Shown one piece after another: positions 19,633 through 38,422 of a stretch of 64,000 nt of DNA (positions are counted from its first letter, which is position 1; each line of letters begins with the position of its first letter). Below the pieces are notes generated by a model, which made no database searches, was not told where the DNA came from, and was given only the letters and a program-made list of their open reading frames with translations. This DNA comes from Escherichia phage vB_EcoM_G50, in sequence record NC_054917.1, one strand, 5' to 3'. The position numbers were made by a program, and so were the translations under genes.

Positions 19633-20629
19633 TTCAAGTGTTATCTATCGTGCGATAGTTACTTCAAAATTTAGAACAGAAAAAATGTTGAATTTTTATA
19701 ATTCAATTGGAAGTGGTCCGGATAAAAACACTATCTTTATCACATTTGGAAGATCAGAACCATGGTCATCAAATGAAAATGAGGTGGGATTTGCCCCACC
19801 TTATCCCACCGATTCTGTATTAGGTGTAACTGACATGTGGACTCATATGATGGGAACTGTAAAGGTTCTTCCATCTATGCTTGATGCAGTTATTCCTCGT
19901 AGAGATTGGGGAGATACTAGATATCCGGATCCATACACATTTAGAATTAACGATATTGTAGTATGTAACTCAGCTCCTTACAATGCTACCGAATCAGGCG
20001 CAGGCTGGTTAGTATATCGTTGTTTAGATGTTCCTGATACCGGAATGTGTTCAATAGCATCTTTAACTGATAAAGATGAATGCCTTAAGTTAGGTGGAAA
20101 ATGGACTCCTTCTGCTAGGTCAATGACTCCTCCTGAAGGTCGAGGAGATGCGGAAGGAACAATCGAACCTGGAGACGGATATGTTTGGGAATATCTTTTT
20201 GAGATTCCGCCTGATGTATCTATAAATAGATGCACGAATGAATATATCGTGGTTCCTTGGCCTGAGGAATTAAAAGAAGACCCGACTAGATGGGGATATG
20301 AAGATAATCTCACATGGCAACAAGATGATTTTGGATTAATTTATCGGGTTAAGGCAAATACTATCCGTTTTAAAGCATATTTAGATTCAGTTTATTTTCC
20401 TGAAGCTGCATTGCCGGGAAATAAAGGATTTAGACAAATATCAATAATCACGAATCCTCTTGAAGCTAAAGCTCATCCAAATGACCCAAACGTTAAAGCT
20501 GAAAAGGATTATTATGATCCGGAAGATTTAATGAGGCATTCGGGCGAAATGATTTATATGGAAAATAGGCCACCTATTATCATGGCAATGGATCAAACAG
20601 AAGAAATCAATATTCTGTTTACATTTTAA
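19625..20629 (+). CDS. 8: baseplate wedge protein gp8
   Basis: 334 aa as in T4. Confidence 0.9.
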   Translation: MNDSSVIYRAIVTSKFRTEKMLNFYNSIGSGPDKNTIFITFGRSEPWSSNENEVGFAPPYPTDSVLGVTDMWTHMMGTVKVLPSMLDAVIPRRDWGDTRYPDPYTFRINDIVVCNSAPYNATESGAGWLVYRCLDVPDTGMCSIASLTDKDECLKLGGKWTPSARSMTPPEGRGDAEGTIEPGDGYVWEYLFEIPPDVSINRCTNEYIVVPWPEELKEDPTRWGYEDNLTWQQDDFGLIYRVKANTIRFKAYLDSVYFPEAALPGNKGFRQISIITNPLEAKAHPNDPNVKAEKDYYDPEDLMRHSGEMIYMENRPPIIMAMDQTEEINILFTF

Positions 20630-20636
20630 CTTAAGG

Positions 20637-20654
20637 GAGCCCATGGGCTCCCTT
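20637..20654 (+). terminator. stem-loop GGGAGCCCATGGGCTCCC plus T-tract
   Basis: Perfect 7-bp stem followed by TTTTTCTT after gene 8. Confidence 0.6.
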
Positions 20655-20660
20655 TTTCTT

Positions 20661-20668
20661 TATAAATA
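20661..20668 (+). promoter_or_regulatory. T4 late promoter TATAAATA (gene 9)
   Basis: Exact TATAAATA 25 nt upstream of gene 9 ATG. Confidence 0.65.
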
Positions 20669-20692
20669 CTATAAACTCATAAGGAAACCGCT

Positions 20693-21559
20693 ATGTTCAT
20701 TCAAGAACCAAAGAAATTGATTGATACCGGCGAAATTGGTAACGCTTCTACTGGTGATATCTTATTCGACGGTGGTAATAAAATTAATAGTGATTTTAAC
20801 GCAATTTATAATGCGTTTGGCGATCAACGTAAAATGGCAGTAGCAAATGGCACTGGAGCAGATGGTCAAATTATCCATGCTACTGGATATTATCAAAAAC
20901 ACTCTATCGCAGAGTACGCAACTCCAGTAAAAGTTGGCACTAGGCATGATATTGATACCTCTACTGTAGGTGTTAAAGTTATCATTGAAAGAGGCGAACT
21001 TGGTGATTGTGTTGAATTTATTAACTCAAATGGATCAATATCAGTTACTAATCCTTTAACAATTCAAGCCATTGATTCAATTAAAGGTGTTTCAGGTAAT
21101 TTAGTAGTAACTAGCCCATATAGTAAAGTAACTTTACGTTGTATTTCATCTGATAATTCTACATCGGTGTGGAATTATTCTATTGAAAGTATGTTTGGTC
21201 AAAAGGAATCACCAGCTGAAGGTACATGGAATATTTCTACATCCGGATCAGTTGATATTCCACTATTTCATCGTACTGAATATAACATGGCTAAATTGTT
21301 AGTTACATGCCAATCAGTAGATGGAAGAAAAATTAAAACGGCAGAAATAAATATTCTTGTGGATACTGTTAATTCAGCGGTCATTTCTTCTGAATATGCT
21401 GTCATGCGAGTTGGGAATGAAACCGAAGAAGACGAAATCGCTAATATTGCATTTAGTATTAAAGAAAATTATGTAACGGCGACTATAAGTTCTCCAACTG
21501 TCGGTATGAGAGCAGCAGTTAAAGTTATTGCTACGCAGAAAATCGGGGTGGCTCAATAA
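20693..21559 (+). CDS. 9: baseplate protein gp9 (long tail fibre socket)
   Basis: 288 aa as in T4. Confidence 0.9.
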   Translation: MFIQEPKKLIDTGEIGNASTGDILFDGGNKINSDFNAIYNAFGDQRKMAVANGTGADGQIIHATGYYQKHSIAEYATPVKVGTRHDIDTSTVGVKVIIERGELGDCVEFINSNGSISVTNPLTIQAIDSIKGVSGNLVVTSPYSKVTLRCISSDNSTSVWNYSIESMFGQKESPAEGTWNISTSGSVDIPLFHRTEYNMAKLLVTCQSVDGRKIKTAEINILVDTVNSAVISSEYAVMRVGNETEEDEIANIAFSIKENYVTATISSPTVGMRAAVKVIATQKIGVAQ

Positions 21560-23367
21560 TGAAACAAAATATTAATATCGGTAATGTTGTTGATGATGGT
21601 ACCGGTGACTACCTGCGTAAAGGTGGTATAAAAATAAATGAAAACTTTGATGAGCTTTATTATGAGCTTGGTGATGGAGATGTTCCATATTCAGCCGGTG
21701 CCTGGAAAACTTATGATGCTTCATCTGGCCAAACACTAAAAGCTGAGTGGGGAAAATCATACGCTATTAATACCTCTTCTGGAAGAGTAACTATAAATCT
21801 TCCAAAAGGAACTGTCAATGATTACAACAAGGTAATTAGAGCTAGAGACGTATTTGCTACATGGAACGTCAACCCAGTTACATTAGTAGCTGCTTCCGGC
21901 GATACGATTAAAGGGTCTGCAGTACCAGTTGAAATTAATGTTCAATTCAGCGATTTGGAATTAGTGTATTGCGCCCCAGGACGTTGGGAATATGTCAAAA
22001 ATAAGCAAATTGACAAAATTACCAGTTCAGACATCAGTAATGTAGCTCGTAAAGAATTTTTAGTCGAAGTCCAAGGGCAAACAGACTTTTTAGATGTTTT
22101 CCGTGGAACTAGTTATAATGTAAATAACATCAGAGTAAAACATCGTGGTAACGAATTGTATTACGGCGATGTATTTAGTGAAAACAGCGATTTTGGCTCT
22201 CCGGGCGAAAACGAAGGTGAATTAGTTCCTCTTGATGGATTTAATATTCGATTAAGACAGCCTTGTAATATTGGTGATACTGTTCAAATTGAAACATTTA
22301 TGGATGGCGTATCACAGTGGAGAAGTTCATATACAAGACGTCAAATTAGAGTGTTAGATTCAAAATTAACGTCAAAGACTTCTTTAGAAGGAAGCATTTA
22401 CGTTACTGATTTATCAACAATGAAATCAATTCCGTTTTCAGCTTTTGGATTAATTCCAGGTGAACCTATTAATCCTAATTCTCTTGAGGTTCGTTTTAAT
22501 GGAATTTTACAAGAATTGGCTGGAACAGTTGGAATGCCATTATTTCATTGTGTCGGTGCAGATTCAGACGATGAAGTAGAATGCTCTGTTTTAGGTGGAA
22601 CTTGGGAACAGTCTCATACCGACTATTCAGTTGAAACTGATGAAAACGGCATACCAGAAACATTGCACTTCGATAGAGTATTTGAGCATGGCGACATTAT
22701 TAATATCACCTGGTTTAACAATGATTTAGGTACATTATTAACAAAAGATGAGATTATTGATGAAACTGATAATCTCTATGTATCGCAAGGACCAGGAGTA
22801 GATATTTCCGGTGATGTAAATTTAACAGACTTCGATAAAATTGGTTGGCCAAATGTAGAAGCAGTTCAATCTTATCAACGTGAATTTAATGCTGTTTCAA
22901 ATATCTTTGATACGATTTATCCTATTGGAACTATATATGAAAACGCTGTTAATCCAAATAACCCTGTTACATATATGGGATTCGGCTCATGGAAATTATT
23001 TGGGCAAGGAAAAGTTTTAGTTGGATGGAATGAAGATATTTCGGACCCTAACTTTGCTCTAAATAACAACGATTTAGATTCGGGTGGAAATCCTTCACAT
23101 ACTGCGGGTGGAACAGGCGGTTCTACTTCTGTTACATTGGAAAATGCTAATCTTCCTGCAACTGAAACAGATGAAGAAGTTCTAATAGTTGATGAAAATG
23201 GATCAGTCATTGTTGGTGGATGTCAATATGACCCAGATGAATCCGGTCCAGTTTACACGAAATACCGTGAAGCTAAAGCATCTACTAACTCTACTCACAC
23301 TCCGCCAACATCAATAACTAACATTCAACCATATATTACAGTTTATCGTTGGATAAGGATTGCATAA
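21559..23367 (+). CDS. 10: baseplate wedge protein gp10
   Basis: 602 aa as in T4. Confidence 0.9.
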   Translation: MKQNINIGNVVDDGTGDYLRKGGIKINENFDELYYELGDGDVPYSAGAWKTYDASSGQTLKAEWGKSYAINTSSGRVTINLPKGTVNDYNKVIRARDVFATWNVNPVTLVAASGDTIKGSAVPVEINVQFSDLELVYCAPGRWEYVKNKQIDKITSSDISNVARKEFLVEVQGQTDFLDVFRGTSYNVNNIRVKHRGNELYYGDVFSENSDFGSPGENEGELVPLDGFNIRLRQPCNIGDTVQIETFMDGVSQWRSSYTRRQIRVLDSKLTSKTSLEGSIYVTDLSTMKSIPFSAFGLIPGEPINPNSLEVRFNGILQELAGTVGMPLFHCVGADSDDEVECSVLGGTWEQSHTDYSVETDENGIPETLHFDRVFEHGDIINITWFNNDLGTLLTKDEIIDETDNLYVSQGPGVDISGDVNLTDFDKIGWPNVEAVQSYQREFNAVSNIFDTIYPIGTIYENAVNPNNPVTYMGFGSWKLFGQGKVLVGWNEDISDPNFALNNNDLDSGGNPSHTAGGTGGSTSVTLENANLPATETDEEVLIVDENGSVIVGGCQYDPDESGPVYTKYREAKASTNSTHTPPTSITNIQPYITVYRWIRIA

Positions 23368-24026
23368 TGAGTTTACTTAATAATAAAGCGGGAGTTATTT
23401 CCCGCTTAGCCGATTTTCTTGGTTTTAGACCTAAAACTGGCGACATCGATGTAATGAATCGTCAATCAGTTGGGTCAGTGACAATTTCTCAATTAGCGAA
23501 AGGATTTTATGAACCAAACGTAGAATCAGCTATTAATGACGTTCATAATTTTTCTATAAAAGACGTTGGTACAATTATTACTAATAAAACTGGTGTTTCT
23601 CCTGAGGGTGTTTCTCAAACTGATTATTGGGCATTTTCGGGAACTGTAACAGATGATTCGCTTCCTCCTGGTTCTCCTGTTACTGTATTAGTATTCGGTC
23701 TTCCAGTTTCAGCAACAACCGGAATGACAGCTATTGAGTTTGTCGCCAAAGTTCGTGTTGCTCTACAAGAAGCTATTGCGTCATTTACTGCTATCAATTC
23801 ATATAAAGACCATCCAACTGACGGTAGTAAATTAGAAGTTACTTATTTAGATAATCAAAAACATGTATTAAGCACATATTCTACATATGGAATAACTATT
23901 TCCCAAGAAATTATTTCCGAATCTAAGCCTGGATATGGCACATGGAATTTGCTTGGTGCACAAACTGTAACTTTAGATAATCAGCAAACTCCAATAGTAC
24001 TTTATCATTTTGAGAGAACAGCATGA
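23367..24026 (+). CDS. 11: baseplate wedge / short tail fibre attachment gp11
   Basis: 219 aa from ATG overlapping gene 10 stop (TAATG); [20 protein letters not shown]... matches recalled T4 gp11. Confidence 0.9.
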   Translation: MSLLNNKAGVISRLADFLGFRPKTGDIDVMNRQSVGSVTISQLAKGFYEPNVESAINDVHNFSIKDVGTIITNKTGVSPEGVSQTDYWAFSGTVTDDSLPPGSPVTVLVFGLPVSATTGMTAIEFVAKVRVALQEAIASFTAINSYKDHPTDGSKLEVTYLDNQKHVLSTYSTYGITISQEIISESKPGYGTWNLLGAQTVTLDNQQTPIVLYHFERTA

Positions 24027-25606
24027 GTAATAATACATACCAACACGTTTCTAATGAATCTCGCTATGTAAAATTTGATCCAACTGGTACAAATTTTCCA
24101 GCAGAGATTACTGATGTTCAGGCTGCTATAGCAGCCATTTCTCCTGCTGGTGTAAATGGAGTTCCTGATGCATCATCAACAACAAAAGGAATTTTATTTC
24201 TTGCCACTGAACAGGAAGTTATCGACGGAACTGATAATACCAAAGCAGTTACACCCGCAACGTTGGCAACAAGATTATCTTATCCAAACGCAACTGAAAC
24301 TGTTTACGGATTAACAAGATATTCAACCAATGATGAAGCGATTGCCGGAGTTAATAATGAATCTTCTATAACTCCCGCTAAATTTACTGTTGCCCTTAAT
24401 AATGCCTTTGAAACACGAGTTTCAACTGAATCATCAAATGGAGTTATTAAAATTTCATCTCTACCGCAAGCATTAGCTGGCGCAGATGATACTACTGCGA
24501 TGACTCCGTTAAAAACGCAGCAGTTAGCTATTAAACTAATTGCGCAAATCGCTCCTTCTGAAACCACAGCTACCGAATCGGACCAAGGTGTTGTTCAATT
24601 AGCGACAGTAGCTCAAGTTCGTCAAGGAACCTTAAGAGAAGGCTATGCAATTTCTCCTTATACGCTAATGAATTCTACTGCTACTGAAGAATATAAAGGC
24701 GTAATTAAATTAGGAACACAATCAGAAGTTAACTCGAATAATGCTTCTGTTGCGGTTACTGGTGCAACTCTTAATGGTCGTGGTTCTACAACGTCAATGA
24801 GAGGCGTAGTTAAATTAACTACAACTGCCGGTTCACAAAGCGGAGGTGATGCTTCATCGGCATTAGCTTGGAATGCTGACGTTATCCACCAAAGAGGTGG
24901 TCAAACGATTAATGGAACACTTCGCATTAATAATACGCTCACAATAGCTTCAGGCGGAGCAAATATTACCGGAACAGTTAACATGACCGGTGGTTATATT
25001 CAGGGTAAGCGTGTTGTAACACAGAATGAAATAGATAGAACTATTCCTGTCGGAGCTATTATGATGTGGGCGGCAGATAGTCTTCCTAGTGATGCTTGGC
25101 GCTTCTGTCATGGCGGAACTGTTTCAGCGTCGGATTGCCCATTATATGCTTCTAGAATTGGAACAAGATACGGCGGAAGCTCATCAAATCCTGGATTACC
25201 TGATATGCGTGGTCTTTTTGTTCGTGGCTCTGGTCGTGGCTCTCACTTAACAAATCCAAACGTTAATGGTAATGACCAATTTGGTAAGCCTAGATTAGGT
25301 GTAGGTTGTACCGGTGGATATGTTGGTGAAGTACAAAAACAACAAATGTCTTATCATAAACACGCTGGCGGATTCGGTGAGCATGATGATTCTGGAGCAT
25401 TCGGTAATACCCGTAGATCAAATTTTGTTGGTACACGTAAAGGACTTGACTGGGATAACCGTTCATATTTCACCAATGACGGATATGAAATTGACCCAGC
25501 ATCACAACGAAATTCCAAATATACACTAAATCGTCCTGAATTAATTGGAAATGAAACACGTCCATGGAACATTTCTTTAAACTACATAATTAAGGTAAAA
25601 GAATGA
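24023..25606 (+). CDS. 12: short tail fibre gp12
   Basis: 527 aa as in T4. Confidence 0.9.
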   Translation: MSNNTYQHVSNESRYVKFDPTGTNFPAEITDVQAAIAAISPAGVNGVPDASSTTKGILFLATEQEVIDGTDNTKAVTPATLATRLSYPNATETVYGLTRYSTNDEAIAGVNNESSITPAKFTVALNNAFETRVSTESSNGVIKISSLPQALAGADDTTAMTPLKTQQLAIKLIAQIAPSETTATESDQGVVQLATVAQVRQGTLREGYAISPYTLMNSTATEEYKGVIKLGTQSEVNSNNASVAVTGATLNGRGSTTSMRGVVKLTTTAGSQSGGDASSALAWNADVIHQRGGQTINGTLRINNTLTIASGGANITGTVNMTGGYIQGKRVVTQNEIDRTIPVGAIMMWAADSLPSDAWRFCHGGTVSASDCPLYASRIGTRYGGSSSNPGLPDMRGLFVRGSGRGSHLTNPNVNGNDQFGKPRLGVGCTGGYVGEVQKQQMSYHKHAGGFGEHDDSGAFGNTRRSNFVGTRKGLDWDNRSYFTNDGYEIDPASQRNSKYTLNRPELIGNETRPWNISLNYIIKVKE

Positions 25607-27066
25607 CAGATATTGTACTGAATGACTTACCATTCGTTGACGGCCCTCCTGCAGAGGGCCAGAGCCGCATTTCCTGGATTAAAAACGGCGAAGAAATATT
25701 AGGAGCTGACACACAGTATGGAAGTGAAGGCTCAATGAATAGACCTACAGTTTCTGTACTAAGAAATGTTGAAGTTCTTGATAAAAACATTGGAATACTT
25801 AAAACATCTTTAGAAACCGCAAATAGTGATATTAAAACAATTCAGGGTATCTTAGATGTATCTGGTGATATTGAAGCTTTGGCCCAAATAAGTATCAATA
25901 AAAAGGATATTTCTGACCTTAAAACGCTAACCAGTGAACATACAGAAATATTAAATGGAACCAATAGTACAGTTGACAGCATTCTTGCTGATATTGGTCC
26001 ATTTAACTCCGAGGCCAACTCTGTATACAGAACGATCAGAAATGATTTACTATGGATAAAGCGTGAACTTGGACAATACACGGGTCAAGATATTAATGGT
26101 CTTCCTGTTGTAGGAAATCCTAGCACAGGAATGAAGCATCGCATTATTAATAATACTGATGTCATTACTTCACAGGGAATACGTTTAAGCGAATTAGAAA
26201 CAAAATTTATTGAATCTGACGTAGGTTCTTTGACTATTGAAGTTGGTAATCTTCGCGAAGAACTTGGACCTAAACCACCATCATTTTCACAAACCGTTTA
26301 CAGTCGCTTAAATGAAATTGACACTAAACAGACAACAGTTGAGTCTGACATTAGTGCTATTAAGACCTCAATAGGATATCCAGGAAATACTTCGATTATC
26401 ACGAATGTTAATACAAACACTGATAATATTGCATCTATTAATTTAGAGCTAAATCAAAGTGGAGGTATTAAACAGCGTTTAACCGTTATTGAAACTTCCA
26501 TTGGTTCAGATGATATTCCTTCGAGTATTAAAGGCCAAATCAAAGATAACACAACTTCAATCGAAGCTCTAAATGGAATCGTCGGTGAAAACACTTCATC
26601 TGGTTTAAGAGCGAATGTTTCGTGGTTAAACCAAATTGTTGGAACTGATTCTAGCGGTGGACAACCTTCTCCTCCTGGGTCTCTTTTAAACCGAGTTTCT
26701 ACAATTGAAACTTCTGTTTCAAGCTTGAACAACGATGTTCAAAACCTACAAGTAGAGATTGGTAATAACAGCGCAGGAATTAAAGGGCAAGTTGTAGCGT
26801 TAAATACTTTAGTAAATGGAACTAATCCAAACGGTTCAACTGTCGAAGAACGTGGATTAACCAATTCAATAAAAGCTAACGAAACCAACATTGCATCAGT
26901 TACACAAGAAGTGAATACAGCCAAAGGCAGTATATCTTCTCTGCAAGGTGATGTTCAAGCTCTACAAGAAGCAGGTTATATTCCTGAAGCTCCGAAAGAT
27001 GGCCAAGCTTACGTTCGTAAAGACGGCGAATGGGTATTACTTTCTACCTTTTTATCACCAGCATAA
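25603..27066 (+). CDS. wac: fibritin (whisker antigen control)
   Basis: 487 aa; coiled-coil repeats; C-terminal foldon [27 protein letters not shown]. Confidence 0.95.
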   Translation: MTDIVLNDLPFVDGPPAEGQSRISWIKNGEEILGADTQYGSEGSMNRPTVSVLRNVEVLDKNIGILKTSLETANSDIKTIQGILDVSGDIEALAQISINKKDISDLKTLTSEHTEILNGTNSTVDSILADIGPFNSEANSVYRTIRNDLLWIKRELGQYTGQDINGLPVVGNPSTGMKHRIINNTDVITSQGIRLSELETKFIESDVGSLTIEVGNLREELGPKPPSFSQTVYSRLNEIDTKQTTVESDISAIKTSIGYPGNTSIITNVNTNTDNIASINLELNQSGGIKQRLTVIETSIGSDDIPSSIKGQIKDNTTSIEALNGIVGENTSSGLRANVSWLNQIVGTDSSGGQPSPPGSLLNRVSTIETSVSSLNNDVQNLQVEIGNNSAGIKGQVVALNTLVNGTNPNGSTVEERGLTNSIKANETNIASVTQEVNTAKGSISSLQGDVQALQEAGYIPEAPKDGQAYVRKDGEWVLLSTFLSPA

Positions 27067-27069
27067 CAT

Positions 27070-27085
27070 GGGGCCGCAAGGCCCC
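27070..27085 (+). terminator. stem-loop GGGGCCGCAAGGCCCC
   Basis: Perfect hairpin after wac stop. Confidence 0.5.
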
Positions 27086-27098
27086 AAAGGATTTTTAA

Positions 27099-28800
<1,702 letters not shown>

Positions 28801-28841
28801 TAAATATTATAAACTAATTAAAGCCCAGATTAGGAGAAATC

Positions 28842-31982
<3,141 letters not shown>

Positions 31983-32010
31983 TATTAAAGCATATTAAAG
32001 AGGATTAAAA

Positions 32011-33990
32011 ATGACTTTATTATCTCCGGGCATTGAGCTCAAAGAAACTACGGTTCAAAGCACCGTGGTTAATAACTCTACTGGTACAGCAGCTTTGGCC
32101 GGTAAATTCCAGTGGGGTCCTGCTTTTCAGATTAAACAGGTTACAAATGAAGTAGATTTAGTTAATACTTTTGGTCAACCTACAGCTGAAACTGCTGATT
32201 ATTTTATGTCTGCAATGAATTTCTTACAATATGGAAATGATTTACGAGTTGTGCGCGCTGTCGATAGAGATACCGCTAAAAACTCATCTCCGATTGCTGG
32301 TAATATTGAATACACTATTTCTACCCCAGGTAGTAACTACGCGGTTGGAGATAAAATCACAGTTAAGTATGTTTCAGAAGACATTGAAACGGAAGGTAAA
32401 ATTACCGAAGTAGATGCTGATGGAAAAATTAAGAAAATTAATATTCCTACCGCAAAAATTATCGCTAAAGCGAAAGAAGTCGGTGAATATCCAGCATTAG
32501 GTTCTAACTGGACCGCGGAAATTTCTTCGTCTTCCTCTGGTTTAGCTGCAGTAATAACTCTTGGAAAAATTATTACTGATTCTGGTATTTTATTAGCTGA
32601 AATTGAAAATGCTGAAGCTGCCATGACAGCGGTTGAATTTCAAACAAATCTTGAAAAATATGGAATTCCAGGAGTAGTAGCTCTTTATCCAGGTGAATTG
32701 GGCGATAAAATCGAAATTGAAATCGTATCTAAAGCTGACTACGCAAAAGGTGCTTCTGCATTACTCCCAATTTATCCAGGTGGCGGAACACGCGCATCTA
32801 CTGCCAAAGCAGTGTTTGGATATGGACCACAAACTGATTCACAATACGCTATTATAGTTCGTCGCAATGATGCTATTGTTCAAAGCGTTGTTCTTTCAAC
32901 AAAGCGTGGTGAAAAAGATATTTACGATAGTAACATCTATATTGATGACTTTTTCGCAAAAGGTGGTTCAGAATATATTTTCGCAACTGCACAAAACTGG
33001 CCAGAAGGCTTCTCTGGAATTTTAACTCTGTCTGGCGGATTATCATCAAATGCTGAAGTAACAGCAGGAGATTTGATGGAAGCTTGGGACTTCTTTGCTG
33101 ACCGTGAATCCGTTGATGTTCAGTTGTTTATTGCTGGCTCTTGTGCCGGTGAATCTTTAGAAACAGCATCTACTGTCCAAAAACATGTTGTTTCAATCGG
33201 GGATGCTCGCCAAGATTGCTTAGTATTGTGCTCACCACCGCGTGAAACTGTAGTTGGAATTCCTGTAACTCGTGCTGTTGATAACTTAGTCAATTGGAGA
33301 ACTGCAGCAGGTTCATACACTGATAATAACTTTAATATCAGTTCAACCTACGCAGCAATTGATGGTAACTACAAATATCAGTATGACAAATATAATGATG
33401 TAAATCGCTGGGTTCCATTAGCAGCTGATATTGCTGGTTTATGTGCAAGAACCGATAACGTTTCTCAGACTTGGATGTCTCCAGCTGGTTATAATCGCGG
33501 CCAGATTCTTAACGTTATTAAACTTGCTATTGAAACTCGCCAGGCGCAGCGCGATCGTTTATACCAAGAAGCTATCAACCCGGTAACCGGTACAGGTGGT
33601 GATGGTTACGTATTGTATGGTGATAAAACAGCTACTTCTGTTCCTTCTCCATTTGATCGTATTAACGTTCGTCGTCTGTTTAATATGTTGAAAACGAATA
33701 TCGGACGTAGTTCAAAATATCGTTTGTTCGAATTAAACAACGCATTTACTCGTTCATCATTCCGCACAGAAACTGCCCAATACTTACAGGGAATTAAAGC
33801 TCTCGGTGGAATTTATGAATATCGTGTAGTTTGCGATACAACAAATAACACTCCGTCAGTAATTGATAGAAATGAGTTTGTTGCAACATTCTACATCCAA
33901 CCGGCGCGCAGTATAAATTATATTACTTTGAATTTCGTCGCAACTGCTACTGGTGCAGATTTCGATGAGTTAACTGGTCTTGCAGGTTAA
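32011..33990 (+). CDS. 18: tail sheath protein gp18
   Basis: 659 aa as in T4. Confidence 0.95.
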   Translation: MTLLSPGIELKETTVQSTVVNNSTGTAALAGKFQWGPAFQIKQVTNEVDLVNTFGQPTAETADYFMSAMNFLQYGNDLRVVRAVDRDTAKNSSPIAGNIEYTISTPGSNYAVGDKITVKYVSEDIETEGKITEVDADGKIKKINIPTAKIIAKAKEVGEYPALGSNWTAEISSSSSGLAAVITLGKIITDSGILLAEIENAEAAMTAVEFQTNLEKYGIPGVVALYPGELGDKIEIEIVSKADYAKGASALLPIYPGGGTRASTAKAVFGYGPQTDSQYAIIVRRNDAIVQSVVLSTKRGEKDIYDSNIYIDDFFAKGGSEYIFATAQNWPEGFSGILTLSGGLSSNAEVTAGDLMEAWDFFADRESVDVQLFIAGSCAGESLETASTVQKHVVSIGDARQDCLVLCSPPRETVVGIPVTRAVDNLVNWRTAAGSYTDNNFNISSTYAAIDGNYKYQYDKYNDVNRWVPLAADIAGLCARTDNVSQTWMSPAGYNRGQILNVIKLAIETRQAQRDRLYQEAINPVTGTGGDGYVLYGDKTATSVPSPFDRINVRRLFNMLKTNIGRSSKYRLFELNNAFTRSSFRTETAQYLQGIKALGGIYEYRVVCDTTNNTPSVIDRNEFVATFYIQPARSINYITLNFVATATGADFDELTGLAG

Positions 33991-34025
33991 TACGGTGCAT
34001 TCTAAAGGCCTGTTTCGGCAGGCCA

Positions 34026-34033
34026 TATAAATA
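34026..34033 (+). promoter_or_regulatory. T4 late promoter TATAAATA
   Basis: Exact octamer upstream of gene 19. Confidence 0.5.
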
Positions 34034-34084
34034 CACTATATCCTTAATTCTTTAATTCTATATGCCCTAGGTTAAACATAGGGA

Positions 34085-34092
34085 TATAAATA
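34085..34092 (+). promoter_or_regulatory. T4 late promoter TATAAATA (gene 19)
   Basis: Exact octamer 15 nt upstream of gene 19 ATG. Confidence 0.55.
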
Positions 34093-34106
34093 CTACAGAG
34101 GCTAAT

Positions 34107-34598
34107 ATGTTTGTAGATGATGTAACACGAGCGTTTGAATCTGGTGATTTTGCTCGACCTAACTTATTCCAAGTAGAAATTTCTTATCTTGGACAAAATT
34201 TTACGTTTCAATGTAAAGCCACTGCTTTACCAGCTGGTATTGTAGAAAAAATTCCAGTCGGATTTATGAACCGTAAAATTAACGTAGCAGGCGATCGTAC
34301 ATTCGATGACTGGACTGTTACAGTAATGAACGATGAGGCACATGATGCACGCCAGAAGTTTGTTGATTGGCAAAGCATTGCTGCTGGGCAAGGGAACGAA
34401 ATTACTGGTGGAAAACCAGCAGAGTATAAAAAGAGCGCTGTTGTTCGCCAATATGCTCGTGACGCTAAAACTGTAACAAAAGAAGTCGAAATTAAAGGCC
34501 TGTGGCCTACTAACGTGGGTGAACTTCAATTAGATTGGGATTCAAACAATGAAATCCAAACCTTTGAAGTAACTCTCGCTCTCGATTATTGGGAATAA
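34107..34598 (+). CDS. 19: tail tube protein gp19
   Basis: 163 aa as in T4. Confidence 0.95.
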   Translation: MFVDDVTRAFESGDFARPNLFQVEISYLGQNFTFQCKATALPAGIVEKIPVGFMNRKINVAGDRTFDDWTVTVMNDEAHDARQKFVDWQSIAAGQGNEITGGKPAEYKKSAVVRQYARDAKTVTKEVEIKGLWPTNVGELQLDWDSNNEIQTFEVTLALDYWE

Positions 34599-34603
34599 AA
34601 TGA

Positions 34604-34619
34604 ATGGGGAGAAATCCCC
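34604..34619 (+). terminator. stem-loop TGGGGAGAAATCCCCA
   Basis: Hairpin directly after gene 19 stop. Confidence 0.45.
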
Positions 34620-34630
34620 ATCCTGCTTAA

Positions 34631-36255
<1,625 letters not shown>

Positions 36256-36256
<1 letters not shown>

Positions 36257-36501
36257 TGGAAGGTTTAATTGAAGCTATTAAATCAAACGACCTCGTAGCC
36301 GCTCGTAAATTATTTGCTGAAGCCATGGCTGCAAGAACGATTGATTTAATTAAAGAAGAAAAAATCGCTATCGCTCGTAATTTCTTAATCGAAGGTGAAG
36401 AACCTGAAGACGAGGATGATGAAGACGAAGATGGTGATGATAAAGACGACAAAAAAGACAAAGACTCTGACGAAGATGACGAAGACGAGGATGATGAATA
36501 A
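36256..36501 (+). CDS. 67: prohead core protein gp67
   Basis: 81 aa with poly-acidic C-terminus ([12 protein letters not shown]...). Confidence 0.85.
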
Positions 36502-36926
36502 TGCTTCTGATCCCTGAAACTCATGAATTAGTTCTCGAGAATGTCGAAGCACTTATTCCTGAAGCACAGGGTCGCTTTGACGAATTGTCTTCTGCTTTAA
36601 ATAAAGACGATATAAATACAATTGTCGAGAATATGCTTGATGATGAAACTGATTTAGCAGTTGCATTAGCTTCTATTAATGAAAATATGCCGTTAAATGA
36701 ATTCATTGTTAAGCATGTTTCAGCTCGTGGTGAAATTACACGTACTAAAGACCGCAAAACACGCGAACGTAATGCATTTCAAACCACTGGGCTGTCTAAA
36801 GCAAAACGTAGACAAATTGCTCGCAAAGCTACCAAAACGAAGATTGCCAATCCAGCAGGTCAATCTCGTGCTCAGCGTAAGCGTAAAAAAGCTCTTAAAC
36901 GCCGTAAAGCATTAGGATTAAGCTAA
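36501..36926 (+). CDS. 68: prohead core protein gp68
   Basis: 141 aa; basic C-terminus; between 67 and 21. Confidence 0.85.
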
Positions 36927-37564
36927 TGAATGAACCCCAATTACTAATTGAAACTTGGGGTCAACCTGGCGAAATTATTGATGGTGTGCCAATGCTTGAA
37001 TCCCACGATGGAAAAGACTTAGGTTTAAAACCGGGTTTATACATCGAAGGAATATTCATGCAAGCAGAAGTCGTCAATAGAAATAAACGTCTTTATCCAA
37101 AACGCATATTAGAAAAAGCGGTAAAAGACTATATTAATGAGCAAGTTTTAACTAAACAAGCTCTCGGAGAATTAAATCATCCTCCACGCGCTAATGTTGA
37201 CCCGATGCAAGCCGCTATCATTATAGAAGATATGTGGTGGAAAGGAAATGACGTATACGGACGAGCTCGTGTTATTGAAGGTGACCACGGTCCTGGAGAT
37301 AAATTAGCAGCTAATATTCGTGCCGGATGGATTCCAGGAGTTTCTTCTCGTGGATTAGGTTCATTGACTGACACAAATAAAGGTTATCGTATCGTAAACG
37401 AAGGATTCAAATTAACTGTAGGTGTTGATGCAGTATGGGGTCCAAGTGCTCCAGATGCATGGGTAACTCCTAAGGAAATTACCGAATCACAGACGGCGGA
37501 AGCCGATACAAGTGCCGATGACGCCTATATGGCTCTCGCAGAGGCCATGAAAAAAGCGTTATAA
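36926..37564 (+). CDS. 21: prohead core protease gp21
   Basis: 212 aa as in T4. Confidence 0.9.
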   Translation: MNEPQLLIETWGQPGEIIDGVPMLESHDGKDLGLKPGLYIEGIFMQAEVVNRNKRLYPKRILEKAVKDYINEQVLTKQALGELNHPPRANVDPMQAAIIIEDMWWKGNDVYGRARVIEGDHGPGDKLAANIRAGWIPGVSSRGLGSLTDTNKGYRIVNEGFKLTVGVDAVWGPSAPDAWVTPKEITESQTAEADTSADDAYMALAEAMKKAL

Positions 37565-37567
37565 ATA
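37560..37567 (+). promoter_or_regulatory. T4 late promoter TATAAATA (gene 22)
   Basis: Exact octamer overlapping gene 21 stop. Confidence 0.55.
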
Positions 37568-37594
37568 TTATTATCTAAACAACAGGACTACAAA

Positions 37595-38404
37595 ATGCTT
37601 AAAGAACAACTGATTGCTGAAGCGCAAAAAATTGATGCTTCCGTTGCTCTTGATAGTATTTTCGAATCAGTTAATATTTCTCCGGAAGCAAAAGAAACTT
37701 TCGGCACTGTATTCGAAGCTACCGTCAAGCAGCACGCCGTTAAATTAGCTGAATCTCATATCGCTAAAATTGCTGAAAAAGCAGAAGAAGAAGTAGAAAA
37801 AAATAAAGAAGAAGCCGAAGAAAAAGCTGAGAAGAAAATCGCTGAGCAAGCTTCTAAATTCATCGACCATCTTGCGAAAGAATGGCTCGCTGAAAATAAA
37901 TTAGCAGTTGATAAAGGCATCAAAGCCGAACTGTTTGAATCCATGCTTGGTGGATTAAAAGAGCTCTTTGTTGAACACAACGTTGTTGTTCCAGAAGAAT
38001 CAGTTGATGTTGTGGCTGAAATGGAAGAAGAGCTGCAAGAACATAAAGAAGAATCAGCTCGTCTGTTCGAAGAACTCAATATGCGCGACGCATATATCAA
38101 TTATGTGCAGCGTGAAGTGGCATTGAGCGAAAGTACTAAAGATCTGACTGAGTCTCAAAAAGAAAAAGTCTCTGCTCTGGTCGAAGGTATGGATTATTCA
38201 GATGAATTCTCAAATAAATTGAGTGCCATCGTAGAAATGGTGAAGAAGTCTAATAAAGATGAAAGCACTATTACTGAGGGTATAAATACTCCTGATACTG
38301 AAGCAGCCGGACTGAATTTCGTCACTGAAGCTGTAGAAGATAAAACTGCACCTGGTGCAGAAGATATTGTAAGTGTATATGCGAAAGTCGCATCTCGTTT
38401 CTAA
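37595..38404 (+). CDS. 22: prohead core scaffold protein gp22
   Basis: 269 aa; highly acidic, helical; gene order. Confidence 0.9.
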   Translation: MLKEQLIAEAQKIDASVALDSIFESVNISPEAKETFGTVFEATVKQHAVKLAESHIAKIAEKAEEEVEKNKEEAEEKAEKKIAEQASKFIDHLAKEWLAENKLAVDKGIKAELFESMLGGLKELFVEHNVVVPEESVDVVAEMEEELQEHKEESARLFEELNMRDAYINYVQREVALSESTKDLTESQKEKVSALVEGMDYSDEFSNKLSAIVEMVKKSNKDESTITEGINTPDTEAAGLNFVTEAVEDKTAPGAEDIVSVYAKVASRF

Positions 38405-38422
38405 TTTTAAAGGTTAACACAA

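Noticed and set aside
37756-38100. Minus-strand Ser-rich ORF inside gene 22
   Set aside because: Antisense to the strongly supported scaffold gene 22; low-complexity mirror ORF.
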